Assembly (NCBI GenBank): GCA_965204755.1
Contig: OZ242011.1
Location: 3,289,656-3,353,655 of the forward strand
Source: Candidatus Marinacidobacterium sp.
GTDB taxonomy: Bacteria > Acidobacteriota > Vicinamibacteria > Marinacidobacterales > Marinacidobacteraceae
Length of the DNA stretch: 64,000 nt
Direction of reading: 5' to 3'
A model generated the notes under the pieces. The model was given only the letters and a program-made list of their open reading frames with translations, was not told the origin of the DNA and did not search any database. Both the position numbers and the translations under genes were made by a program. Shown piece after piece: positions 48,245 through 57,435 of this stretch. Position 1 is the stretch's first letter. Each line of letters opens with the position of its first letter.

Positions 48245-49315
48245 GTGCGCGACATCGCCCCGGTGCTGGACCCTTGGCTCCGGGAAGGGGGCCGGGGGGA
48301 CGGGCCGCCGCCGGCGCTCGCCACCGTGGTGGCCACCTGGGGTTCCGGGCCGCGCCGGCCGGGGGCGCGGATGACGGTGGACGCGGACTCGCGGATCACC
48401 GGCTCCGTCAGCGGCGGCTGCGTCGAGGCCAATGTGGTCGAGGCGGCGCGGCAGGTGGTGGAGACCGGCCGGCCCCGGTTGCTGAAGTTCGCCGTGTCCG
48501 ACGAGTTGGCCTGGGGGGCGGGGCTCGCCTGCGGCGGCTCGCTGAGCGTCTTCGTGGAGCCGGCGCACCGGGGCGCGCTCGCCGCCGCGCGCGAGGGGAT
48601 GGAGGCCCGGGTTCCGGTGGCCTACGCCGTGGTCACCGAGGGGGAACGCGCCGGGGAGTCCGTGGTGGCGCGGGGCGGCGGCGCTCCGTCCGTCCGCGGG
48701 TTCGCGCCCGGCTCCGACGAGCCGGGGCCGCCGGCGCCGGAGTTGGCCTCCTTCGTCGAAGCGGCGCTCGCCGCCGGGGCGCCCCGCTCCGGGGAATCCG
48801 CCGCCGGGCCGGTGTTCTGCGACCTGGTGCTGCCGCCGCCGGTGGTCGTGGTCGTCGGGGGCGTCCACATCGCCCAGGCGCTCGTCCGGCTGGCGGAGAC
48901 CGTCGGCTACCGCCCGGTGCTCTGCGACCCGCGTCCGGTGTTCGCGTCGCCGGAGCGGTTCCCCGGCGTGGAACTCGTCGCCGAGTGGCCGGAGGCGGCG
49001 TTCGCCCGCGTGGGGCTGGACGCCGGCTGCGCGGTCGCGGCGCTGACCCACGACCCGAAACTGGACGACCCGGCGCTCCGGGCGGCGCTCGAGAGCCCCG
49101 CGTTCTATGTGGGGGCGCTCGGCAGCCGGAAGACCCACGCCCGGCGGCTGGCCCGCCTCCGGGAGGCCGGGGTCGCCGAGGAGCGACTGGCGCGGCTCCG
49201 GGCGCCGATCGGGCTCCCCATCGGGGCGAGGTCGCCGCAGCAGATCGCCCTCTCGGTCATGGCGGAGATCGTGGCCGCCCGGAACGGCGCCCTCGACCGG
49301 CCCCCGTCGGCGTGA
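48245..49315 (+). CDS. XdhC/CoxF-family molybdenum cofactor insertion accessory protein
   Basis: N-terminal XdhC_CoxI motif (GSVSGGCVEANVVEAA) and C-terminal Rossmann-like VVVVGGVHIAQAL. Confidence 0.75.
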   Translation: MRDIAPVLDPWLREGGRGDGPPPALATVVATWGSGPRRPGARMTVDADSRITGSVSGGCVEANVVEAARQVVETGRPRLLKFAVSDELAWGAGLACGGSLSVFVEPAHRGALAAAREGMEARVPVAYAVVTEGERAGESVVARGGGAPSVRGFAPGSDEPGPPAPELASFVEAALAAGAPRSGESAAGPVFCDLVLPPPVVVVVGGVHIAQALVRLAETVGYRPVLCDPRPVFASPERFPGVELVAEWPEAAFARVGLDAGCAVAALTHDPKLDDPALRAALESPAFYVGALGSRKTHARRLARLREAGVAEERLARLRAPIGLPIGARSPQQIALSVMAEIVAARNGALDRPPSA

Positions 49316-49507
49316 CCGACCGGCGGCCCGCGGAGAGAGTTCGCGGAGCGCCGGCCGGCGCGAAGCGCTGCCCGGGGAGGGGCGCCGGGAGGGCGTGGCC
49401 CCCTCCCCGCGATGGACGGCGGGGGGAATCGCGCAGCGATTCGCGCCGCTGAGGTGGGCGTCGGCGAGCGCGGCGCCCGCGGCCCGGCGGGGGCGCCGGC
49501 GCTCGAA

Positions 49508-50218
49508 ATGCGGGGGGTCTCGAAGGTCCACCGGCAGGCCGACGGCTCGCCGCTGACCGTGGTGAGCGGAGTGGCCCTGGCGCTCGAGGCCGGCGAGACC
49601 GCGGCCGTCCTCGGGCGGTCCGGGAGCGGGAAGAGCACGCTGCTCCACCTCGCCGCCGGGATCGAGACCCCGACCGCCGGCGTCGTCCGGCTGGCCGGGC
49701 GCGACCTGGCCGCGCTGGGCGACCGGGAGCGCAGCCGGTTCCGGGGGCGGTCGGCGGGGCTGGTCTTCCAGTCCTTCCACCTCATCCCCTACCTGACGGC
49801 GCGGGAGAACCTGCTGCTCCCGGCGCGGATCGCCGGGACTTCGCGCCTCGCGGACGGGGAGACCGTGGAGGACGCCGCCGACCGGCTCCTCGACGCCGTC
49901 CAACTGCGTAATCGCGCCGGGGAGCCCGCCCGCCACCTCTCCGGCGGGGAGATGCAGCGCGCCGCGATCGCCCGGGCGCTGCTCCTCCGCCCGCCGCTGG
50001 TGCTGGCCGACGAGCCCACCGGCAACCTGGACGGGGCGGTCGCCGCGCCGGTGGTGGACCTCCTGTTCTCGATGGCCGAGGGGCAGGGGGCGGCGCTGCT
50101 GGTCGCCACCCACGACCCGGGCCTCGCCGGGAGTTGCCGCGTCCGCTACCGCCTCGACGACGCCTCCCTCGCCCGGCTGCCGGACGGGGAGGATCCGGCG
50201 CCGGGCGCGGCGCGGTGA
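49508..50218 (+). CDS. ABC transporter ATP-binding protein (MacB/LolD/FtsE-type)
   Basis: GRSGSGKSTLL Walker A, LSGGEMQRAAIARAL signature, LVLADEPTGNLD Walker B. Confidence 0.8.
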   Translation: MRGVSKVHRQADGSPLTVVSGVALALEAGETAAVLGRSGSGKSTLLHLAAGIETPTAGVVRLAGRDLAALGDRERSRFRGRSAGLVFQSFHLIPYLTARENLLLPARIAGTSRLADGETVEDAADRLLDAVQLRNRAGEPARHLSGGEMQRAAIARALLLRPPLVLADEPTGNLDGAVAAPVVDLLFSMAEGQGAALLVATHDPGLAGSCRVRYRLDDASLARLPDGEDPAPGAAR

Positions 50219-51522
50219 TCCGGCTCCTCCTCCGCGCCGCCCCGGCGCGGTTCCGGGCGGCGCCGGCGCTGTCGCTGCTGCCGGTGTTCGCCATCGCGCT
50301 GGGCGTGGCCGCGGTGCTGTCCATCCAACTGGTGAACCGGGCGGCGCTGGACACGCTCGACGCCGGCCTGGAAGCGGTCTCCGGGGCGAGCGACCTGCGG
50401 CTCGAAGGGGTGGTGCTGGAGCCGGGCGCGGTTCCCGACCGGGCGTGGCCGGAAACGCTCGCCGTTCCCGGCATCGGGAGCGCCTCGCCGGTCGCGCGCC
50501 TCCGGCGGGTCTCGCTCGCCGCCGGGGAGCGCCGGGCCACCGCGGAGGCCTACGGGGTGGACCTGCTCTCCACCGGGTTCGCCTTCGCCGAAGGCGGGTC
50601 GGGGGGCGGGGCGCCGACGGGCGCGGCGGCGCCGCTGTTCGACTCGGCGGCGTTCTTCGCCGGCGGGATCACCCTGCCGGCGTCCCTCGCGGCGCGCCTC
50701 GGCGTCTCGCTGGGACGGGAGGTCACCGTCTCCTCCGGGGACCGGGCCCGCGAAATGGTGGTCGCCGGGATCTACGGCGACCGGGGTTCGGGCGGCGGCG
50801 ACCGGGGTTCGAGCGGCGGCGCCGCGGGGGGAGGCCGGGGCGGGCCGGTCTTCCTCGACCTGGCCTACGCGCAGGCGCTCCGGGGCCGGGCCGGGTTGGA
50901 CCGGATCGAGATCCGCCTCGCCCCCGGCGCGGAGGCGGCGGCGGTGGCGGAGGCGCTCCGCGGGCGGTTCCCCGGCGTCCGGGTGGCCGAGCCCTCGACC
51001 CTGCGCCGGGAAGGCGCCGACCTCTTCGCCGCCTTCCGGCTGAACCTGACCGCGCTCTCCGCGGTCAGCCTGCTGGTCGGCGCGTTCCTGGTGTACGCCA
51101 GCGTCCGCGCCGGACTGGCCGCCCGGCGCCGCGAGATCGGGCTCTACCGGGCGCTCGGCGCCCCCGCCGGGAGCGTGGGCGCGGCGCTCGCCGGGGAAGT
51201 CGCGCTCGCCGCGCTGCTCGGCGGGGCGGTCGGGCTCCCGCTGGGGCTGGCCGCCGCCCGCGCCGGGCTCGACCGGGTGAGCGCCACGATGACCAACTTC
51301 TACCTCCTCGAGCGGATCGAGGAACTGGCGGTCACTCCCGGCGTCCTCACCGCTTCGCTCGCGGTCGGCCTCGCCGCCGCGCTGGCCGGCGCCTGGCCGG
51401 AGATCCGCTCGGAGATCCGCCGGCCCCCGGTCTCGCTGCTCGCCCCGGGGCGCGAGCCGCCCGGCGGCGGCCGCCGGCCCTACGCCGCCGCGGCGTTCGG
51501 CGTCTCGACTTCGACGGTTTAG
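50215..51522 (+). CDS. FtsX-family ABC permease, N-terminal fragment (gene split by IS insertion)
   Basis: TM1, a periplasmic domain and the first FtsX 3-TM bundle. The reading frame runs 18 nt into the IS left end and stops. GTG start overlaps the ATPase stop. Confidence 0.65.
   Translation: MIRLLLRAAPARFRAAPALSLLPVFAIALGVAAVLSIQLVNRAALDTLDAGLEAVSGASDLRLEGVVLEPGAVPDRAWPETLAVPGIGSASPVARLRRVSLAAGERRATAEAYGVDLLSTGFAFAEGGSGGGAPTGAAAPLFDSAAFFAGGITLPASLAARLGVSLGREVTVSSGDRAREMVVAGIYGDRGSGGGDRGSSGGAAGGGRGGPVFLDLAYAQALRGRAGLDRIEIRLAPGAEAAAVAEALRGRFPGVRVAEPSTLRREGADLFAAFRLNLTALSAVSLLVGAFLVYASVRAGLAARRREIGLYRALGAPAGSVGAALAGEVALAALLGGAVGLPLGLAAARAGLDRVSATMTNFYLLERIEELAVTPGVLTASLAVGLAAALAGAWPEIRSEIRRPPVSLLAPGREPPGGGRRPYAAAAFGVSTSTV
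50904..51504 (+). repeat. 601-bp direct repeat, copy A (target-site duplication of the IS)
   Basis: Identical to 53415..54015. Boundaries fixed by codon-by-codon comparison of the two permease fragments. Confidence 0.8.
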
Positions 51523-53414
51523 CCCGGTCTGAGACCGGGAAGTCCTTGGTGCCCTTGGGGCGGCAGCTTGGATCCGGTTTGTAGTGTGCCGTGGTATTTG
51601 GTGATGAGTAACTTACTGCTATCATTCCCGCGTGTTCGTCCGCAAGTTCCGCCGGAAGAACCGGCCCGGCGTCGGCGTCCAGATCGTCCGGTCCTTCCGC
51701 GACGCCCGCGGCCGGCCCCGGCAGGAACTGATGGTCTCCATCGGCTCCGCCCCGGAAGGCCCGGCCCTCGACGCCCTGGTCGAAGTGGCCGAGAGGAAGG
51801 TGGCCGAACTCCGGCTGGCCCGTCGGCCCACCCTGTTCCCCACCGACCTGCTGCTGCGCCAGGCGCTGGAGGCCCGCCAGGACCGGCGGACGCGCCGGGC
51901 GCGGTTGTCGGAGGTGAGCCAACTGCAGGAGGAGGCCCGCCTGACCCTGGGGGTGCACGAGGTGTTCGGCGCGCTCTGGAGCGAGGCCGGACTGGACGGG
52001 GTGTGGGGTGCGGGGCACCCGGTGTCCGGTCGGGTGTTCCGGCATGCGGTGATGCTGCGGCTGGCGGAGCCGGGCCGGAGCAAGCGGGGCCACGCGCAGG
52101 ACCCGCAGCGGAACTACGGGCTGGAGATCCCGGTGGAGAAGTTCTACCGGATGATGGACCGGCTGGACGGGGAGCGGATCGCGCGGCTCACCGCCCGGGT
52201 GGGGACGCAGGTTCGGCGGCTGCTGGGGGGCGAGGTGGAGGTGGTGTTCATGGATGTGACCACCCTTTCGTTCGCCTCGGAGCAGGAGGACGGGTTGCGG
52301 GCGAAGGGGTACAGCAAGGACCAGAAGCCGCACCGGGTGCAGGTGGTGCTGGCGCTGTTGCAGACGCGGGAGGGTTTGCCGCTGGGGTATCGGGTGTTCC
52401 CGGGGAACACGGCGGAGGTGAAGACGCTGCTTCCGTTGGTGGGGGAGTTGCGGGAGCGGTACCGGATCGGCCGGGTGGTGGTGGTGGCGGACGCGGCGAT
52501 GCTGGGGACGAAGAACCTGGAGGCGTTGACGGCGGCCGGTTTCGAGTGGGTGGTGGCGGCGAAGCTCCGCCAGTTGCGGGGGAAGGACCTGGCGGCGCTG
52601 GCGGAGCCGGAGTCTTGGGCGGCTTCGGGGGAGGCGGGGCAGCGGCTGCGGGAGCACCGGGCGGAGGAGGGGGCGCTGCGGGGGCTTCGGCTGGTGGTGC
52701 GTTACTGCCCGAAGAAGGCGGAGCGGGACGCGGGGCTCCGGGCGAAGGCGGTGAAGCAGGCGAAGAAGCGGGAGGCGTCGGGGGTGAAGGGGAAGGGGCG
52801 GGCCGCGCGCTACCTGCGGGTGCGGCGGGACGCGGTGCGGTTCGACCCGGATCTGGTGGAACGGGACGCGCGGTTCGACGGGCTCCACGGGGTGTTCACC
52901 AGCCTGGCGGACCCGCCGGCGGAGATCCGGGCGCACTACGGGGGGTTGTGGCGGATCGAGCAGGGGTTCCGGGTGCTGAAGGGCACGCTGGAAGTGCGCC
53001 CGGTGTTCCACTGGACGGAGCGGCGGGTGCGGGCGCACCTGGCGATCTGCTACGCCGCCTTCGCGCTGCTCCGGTTGCTGCGCTGGCGTTACGCCCGGGC
53101 CTACCCGGAGGCGCCGCTGAGCGAGGAGCGGCTACTGCGGGAACTGCTCCGGGTGGAGGTCTCCCACGGCTGCGACCGGGGCACGAACGAGTGGTTCTTC
53201 CTGCCCTCGAAGGCCACCCCGGAGGCGGAGCGGATCTACCGGCTGGTGGGCCTGCGACTGCCCCGGCGGGCCACGCCGGTTCCACCCCCGAGGCGACTCC
53301 GCGAAGTCGCCTGACCTCCGACACCCCACCGCCGGACTCCCCCCGGTTGTAGTGTGCCTACGAAACCAAATCCCCAACTGTCAACCACTTACAAAGCCAA
53401 ACCGTCGAAGTCAA
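51505..53414 (+). mobile_element. IS1634-family (IS4-like) insertion sequence, ~1.9 kb
   Basis: Imperfect terminal inverted repeats TCGACTTCGACGGTTTAGC (left) and GCTTTGGCTTTGTAAG...AAACCGTCGAAGTCAA (right). Single transposase ORF. Flanked by the 601-bp direct repeat. Confidence 0.8.
51632..53314 (+). CDS. IS1634-family DDE transposase
   Basis: N-terminus MFVRKFRRKNRPGVGVQIVRSFRDARG, as in IS1634 transposases. Also VFMDVTTLSF, GYSKDQKP, VVVADAAM; 560 aa. Confidence 0.8.
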   Translation: MFVRKFRRKNRPGVGVQIVRSFRDARGRPRQELMVSIGSAPEGPALDALVEVAERKVAELRLARRPTLFPTDLLLRQALEARQDRRTRRARLSEVSQLQEEARLTLGVHEVFGALWSEAGLDGVWGAGHPVSGRVFRHAVMLRLAEPGRSKRGHAQDPQRNYGLEIPVEKFYRMMDRLDGERIARLTARVGTQVRRLLGGEVEVVFMDVTTLSFASEQEDGLRAKGYSKDQKPHRVQVVLALLQTREGLPLGYRVFPGNTAEVKTLLPLVGELRERYRIGRVVVVADAAMLGTKNLEALTAAGFEWVVAAKLRQLRGKDLAALAEPESWAASGEAGQRLREHRAEEGALRGLRLVVRYCPKKAERDAGLRAKAVKQAKKREASGVKGKGRAARYLRVRRDAVRFDPDLVERDARFDGLHGVFTSLADPPAEIRAHYGGLWRIEQGFRVLKGTLEVRPVFHWTERRVRAHLAICYAAFALLRLLRWRYARAYPEAPLSEERLLRELLRVEVSHGCDRGTNEWFFLPSKATPEAERIYRLVGLRLPRRATPVPPPRRLREVA

Positions 53415-54015
53415 GATCGAGATCCGCCTCGCCCCCGGCGCGGAGGCGGCGGCGGTGGCGGAGGCGCTCCGCGGGCGGTTCCCCGGCGTCCGGGTGGCCG
53501 AGCCCTCGACCCTGCGCCGGGAAGGCGCCGACCTCTTCGCCGCCTTCCGGCTGAACCTGACCGCGCTCTCCGCGGTCAGCCTGCTGGTCGGCGCGTTCCT
53601 GGTGTACGCCAGCGTCCGCGCCGGACTGGCCGCCCGGCGCCGCGAGATCGGGCTCTACCGGGCGCTCGGCGCCCCCGCCGGGAGCGTGGGCGCGGCGCTC
53701 GCCGGGGAAGTCGCGCTCGCCGCGCTGCTCGGCGGGGCGGTCGGGCTCCCGCTGGGGCTGGCCGCCGCCCGCGCCGGGCTCGACCGGGTGAGCGCCACGA
53801 TGACCAACTTCTACCTCCTCGAGCGGATCGAGGAACTGGCGGTCACTCCCGGCGTCCTCACCGCTTCGCTCGCGGTCGGCCTCGCCGCCGCGCTGGCCGG
53901 CGCCTGGCCGGAGATCCGCTCGGAGATCCGCCGGCCCCCGGTCTCGCTGCTCGCCCCGGGGCGCGAGCCGCCCGGCGGCGGCCGCCGGCCCTACGCCGCC
54001 GCGGCGTTCGGCGTC
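53415..54015 (+). repeat. 601-bp direct repeat, copy B (target-site duplication)
   Basis: Identical to 50904..51504. Confidence 0.8.
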
Positions 54016-55362
54016 CTGCTCGTCGGCCTCTCGGCGCTGCCGCTGCTCTTTCCCGGCGAAGCGCGGTTCTCGCTCGGCGGGGGCTTCCCGGCGGCGGGGG
54101 CGCTGGTGGTCGGGGCGGCGCTCCTGCCCGCCGGGGCGCTCTCGCTGTTCGGGCCGCGCCTCCGCCGGTTCGGGCATCGCTCGGCCTTCGGCCGGGGCGC
54201 GGCGGCGGCGCTGCGGGAGCCCTCGGCGACCGCCCCGGCGGCGGCGGCGCTGGTGGTGGCGGTGACCATGCTGGTCGGGGTTACCGCGCTGGTCGCCAGT
54301 TTCCGGACGACCCTGGAGACCTGGCTCGAAGAGACGCTGGCGGCGGACATCTATGTGTCCCGGTTCGGGAACCTGGGCGGCGGCGTGGCCGAGCGGCTGC
54401 CGCTTCCGCCGGAGGCGCTCGCCGCCGTCGAGGGCGACCCGGCGGTGGAGCACCGGGACTTCCTGCGCGGCGTCCGGGTCCACCTCGCCGGCCGCCCGGT
54501 GGCGGTGAACGGGATCGAGATCCGGGTGCCGCGCTCCACCGAGCGGTTCTCGCTGGTGGGCGGCGGCGAAGCGCCGATGGAGGAGTTGGTCGAGGGGGCG
54601 GTCCTCGTCTCCGAAGTGCTGGCGCGGCGGCTGGGGCTCGCCGCCGGCGGGCGGCTGGAACTCCCGACCGCGGCGGGGCCGGTGTCCGCGCCGGTGGCCG
54701 GGGTGTACCGGGACTACGGGAACCAGACCGGGGCGCTGTTCCTCGACGGGAGGCGGCTCGACCGGCTCTACCCGCCGCCGCGCTCCCCGGACGATCCGGC
54801 GGCGCCCCCGCCGGTGCACGGGGCGGCGCTCTACCTGCGTCCCGGCGAGGAGGCGGCGGCGGTGGCGGCGCGGCTCCGCGCTGTCGTGCCGGACGGGGTC
54901 GGCGTGGTGGACCGGGGGGCGCTCCGGGGGGCCGCGGCGCGCGTCTTCGACCAGACGATGGCGGTGACGCGGCTTCTCCGCGCCTTCGCGCTCGGGATCG
55001 CGGCGCTCGGGGTGTCCGTGCTGTTGTTGACGATGGCGCGGGAGCGGGCGGCGGAGATCGCGCTGCTCCGGGCGCTCGGGGCCGACTCGGCGCAGGCGGG
55101 GGCCGGGTTCCTCGGGCGGGGGGCGCTCATCGGGCTGGCCGCGCTGGCGCTCGGCGGGAGCGCGGGCGCCCTGCTCGCGGTGCTGCTGGTCGAAGTCGTG
55201 AACCCGGCCTGGTTCGGGTGGTCGCTCCAACTGTCCTGGCCGCTGGGGCCGCTCTTCTGGCAAGGGGTGTTGGTCCTCGCGGCGGGGCTCGCCGCCGCCG
55301 CGCTGCCGGCGCGGCTGGCCGCCCGGAGCGGCGGCGCGGCGGCGCTCCGGGAGGAAGTGTGA
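53455..55362 (+). CDS. FtsX-family ABC permease, C-terminal fragment (re-starts inside duplicated segment)
   Basis: Contains the duplicated first FtsX bundle, a second periplasmic domain and a second FtsX bundle. The intact ancestral gene was about 50215..51504 joined to 54016..55362 (~870 aa, two FtsX modules). Confidence 0.65.
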   Translation: MAEALRGRFPGVRVAEPSTLRREGADLFAAFRLNLTALSAVSLLVGAFLVYASVRAGLAARRREIGLYRALGAPAGSVGAALAGEVALAALLGGAVGLPLGLAAARAGLDRVSATMTNFYLLERIEELAVTPGVLTASLAVGLAAALAGAWPEIRSEIRRPPVSLLAPGREPPGGGRRPYAAAAFGVLLVGLSALPLLFPGEARFSLGGGFPAAGALVVGAALLPAGALSLFGPRLRRFGHRSAFGRGAAAALREPSATAPAAAALVVAVTMLVGVTALVASFRTTLETWLEETLAADIYVSRFGNLGGGVAERLPLPPEALAAVEGDPAVEHRDFLRGVRVHLAGRPVAVNGIEIRVPRSTERFSLVGGGEAPMEELVEGAVLVSEVLARRLGLAAGGRLELPTAAGPVSAPVAGVYRDYGNQTGALFLDGRRLDRLYPPPRSPDDPAAPPPVHGAALYLRPGEEAAAVAARLRAVVPDGVGVVDRGALRGAAARVFDQTMAVTRLLRAFALGIAALGVSVLLLTMARERAAEIALLRALGADSAQAGAGFLGRGALIGLAALALGGSAGALLAVLLVEVVNPAWFGWSLQLSWPLGPLFWQGVLVLAAGLAAAALPARLAARSGGAAALREEV

Positions 55363-56610
55363 GGTCGGGCGGGCTCCGGCGGGCGCTGCTCGCGGGGGCG
55401 GCCGCCTGGGCGGCGGGCGCGGCGTGGGGGGCGGTTTCGCAACCCGCGGGCGGTTCGGAGTGGGCGCCGGCGGTTCGCGGCTACGACTGGGAGTTCCCCC
55501 GGGACCACTGGCGGCACGACGGGTACTCGACCGAGTGGTGGTACTTCGTGGGGTTCGCGGACGGGGCGGACGGGCGGCGGTTCTTCTACCAATTCACCCT
55601 GTTCCGGGGCGGCCTCACGCCCTCCGCGCCTGACCCCGCGCCGTCCCCGTGGGGCGCCCGCTACGCGGCGATGGGGCATGCCGCGGTCGCCGACGCCGGG
55701 ACCGGGGAGCGGGTGTTCGTCCAAGTCGCCCACCGGGAGGCGCCCGGTCTCGCGGAGTTCGGTGAGTTCGGCGGAGTCGGGGACGGGGACGGGGACGGGG
55801 AGATCGGCTCGCTGCCGGGGCCGACCGGGACCTCCGCCCGGTGGCGCCTGGAGTTCGCGGACGGGGCGTTCCGGTTCACCGCCGGGAGCGCCGCGCCGGG
55901 GTTCCTCCTCGATCTGGTGGCGGAGCCGACCAGGCCGCCGCTCTTCCACGGGGAGGGCGGCTACTCGGAGAAGTCCCCCGGCGGCGCGGCGAGCCTCTAC
56001 TACAGCCATCCCCGGCTCCGGGTGCGCGGCCGGATCGGCCTCGGGGGCTCGGCCACCGAAGTCGAGGGGGACGGCTGGCTCGACCGGGAGTTCGGGACCG
56101 CCTGGCTCACGCCGGAGCAGGCGGGGTGGGACTGGTTCGGGCTGACCCTCGACGACGGGCGCGACCTGATGCTCTACCTGCTGCGGACGGCGGACGGGCG
56201 GCTCTCCCACGCCGACGGGACCCTGCGGGACGCGGGCGGGGAGGTCCGTCGGATCGCCGCCGGCGGGATGTCCGTCGAAGCCCTCTCGTCCTTCACGCCG
56301 CCGGAACTCGGGCGGGAGGGCCGCCCCTACCCGGCGCGGTGGCGCGTCCGCATCCCGGCGGAGGGGCTCGACCTCCTGGTGGAACCCCTCCTCGCCGATC
56401 AGGAGAACCGCCGGGAGAACCGCCGGGGGCCGGCGATGCCCGGCCCGGACATCCCCTACTGGGAGGGCGCAGTGCGCGTCGGCAGGGCCGGGGAGGAGGC
56501 GGGTCGGGGCTTCGTGGAACTCACCGGCTACCGCCGCCCCTTCCGCGCACCCGGGCTCGCCCCGCCGTCGGCGGGCCGCCGAGACGACTCGCGGCCCGCC
56601 GGCCGGGTCT
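55359..56610 (+). CDS. AttH-like secreted lipocalin/hydrolase-like protein (CrtC/hydroxyneurosporene-synthase-like fold); 3' end undefined
   Basis: DWEFPRDHWRHDGYSTEWWYFVGF...FFYQFTLFR motif. GTG start overlaps the permease stop (GTGA). The frame has no stop until 57503, so the end is set where the convergent membrane-protein gene ends. Confidence 0.55.
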
Positions 56611-57389
56611 CACATCCCGGTCAGGCGCCCCGCGATCTTGTAGCACCGGAAGATGATGTGCCAGGACACCGCGACCACCACCAGCCAGAACACCCAGTAG
56701 TAGTCGCCGGGGATCAGGTAGTTGCCCCCGAAGAACGGGGTGGCGTGCTCGTTCGCCATCGCCCACAGGAGCGGCAGCGACATGTAGGTGTTGTGCTTCG
56801 ACCGCAGGCCGGCGAGGGCCGGGTCCGCCGGATCCGGGGCCTTGCCCGCCTTGACCGCCGCGATGATCCGCTGCTGCGCCGGCCAGATGCGGAACCAGAC
56901 ATTGAAGGCCATCATCGTCCCGAACATGGCGCCGGTGTGGATCAGCACCGCCCGGGGCTGGAACCCGCCCCAGTACACATAGAGCGCGACGGTGAGCGAG
57001 AGCATCGCGAAGGACACGACGGTCGCCGCCCGCACATTCGAGGCGAGCGCGCTCTTCCACAGGCCGTCGTAGGAGAACACCGCGGTGAAGGTCAGGACGA
57101 CCATGAAGATCGCCCCGAGGCCCCACTCTTCGCCCAGGTCGAGCGTCAGGCCGCCGTGGTAGAAGACGAGGAGGACCAGCAGGAACCCGGTGATCCAGGT
57201 CCAGGCCGCGCCCCAGCGGAACCAGTAGAGCGCCCGGGGCATGAGTTCGGGCACCACCTTCTGCTTGGTGGGCCCGTCCAACTTCGCGGCCATCTGGCCG
57301 TTGACGAAGTTGAAGAAGTAGAGGTGGCCGATCCACAGGATCCCCACGAAGATGTGGAGCCAGCGGATCACGAAGGTCAGGCCGTCCAT
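56610..57389 (-). CDS. integral membrane protein (DUF989 / urate hydroxylase PuuD N-terminal-like; family assignment tentative)
   Basis: 259 aa, strongly hydrophobic and W/F/Y-rich (RWLHIFVGILWIGHLYFFNFV), unlike the GC-artefact ORFs. Confidence 0.65.
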   Translation of the reverse strand: MDGLTFVIRWLHIFVGILWIGHLYFFNFVNGQMAAKLDGPTKQKVVPELMPRALYWFRWGAAWTWITGFLLVLLVFYHGGLTLDLGEEWGLGAIFMVVLTFTAVFSYDGLWKSALASNVRAATVVSFAMLSLTVALYVYWGGFQPRAVLIHTGAMFGTMMAFNVWFRIWPAQQRIIAAVKAGKAPDPADPALAGLRSKHNTYMSLPLLWAMANEHATPFFGGNYLIPGDYYWVFWLVVVAVSWHIIFRCYKIAGRLTGM

Positions 57390-57435
57390 GCTCTCGGTTC
57401 CTTCCCGGGCGCGCCGGGGCGCCCGATCTCCGATT

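Noticed and set aside
46646-50113. 1155-aa minus ORF and overlapping 631-aa plus ORF 47557..49452
   Set aside because: Overlap the coxE, xdhC and ABC genes, which have clear motifs. Poly-R/G composition.
50904-54015. The 601-bp duplication as an ancient tandem gene duplication of the permease
   Set aside because: The copies are identical and sit exactly at the IS boundaries. Upstream of copy A and downstream of copy B form one continuous permease reading frame. This matches the long target duplications characteristic of IS1634-type elements.
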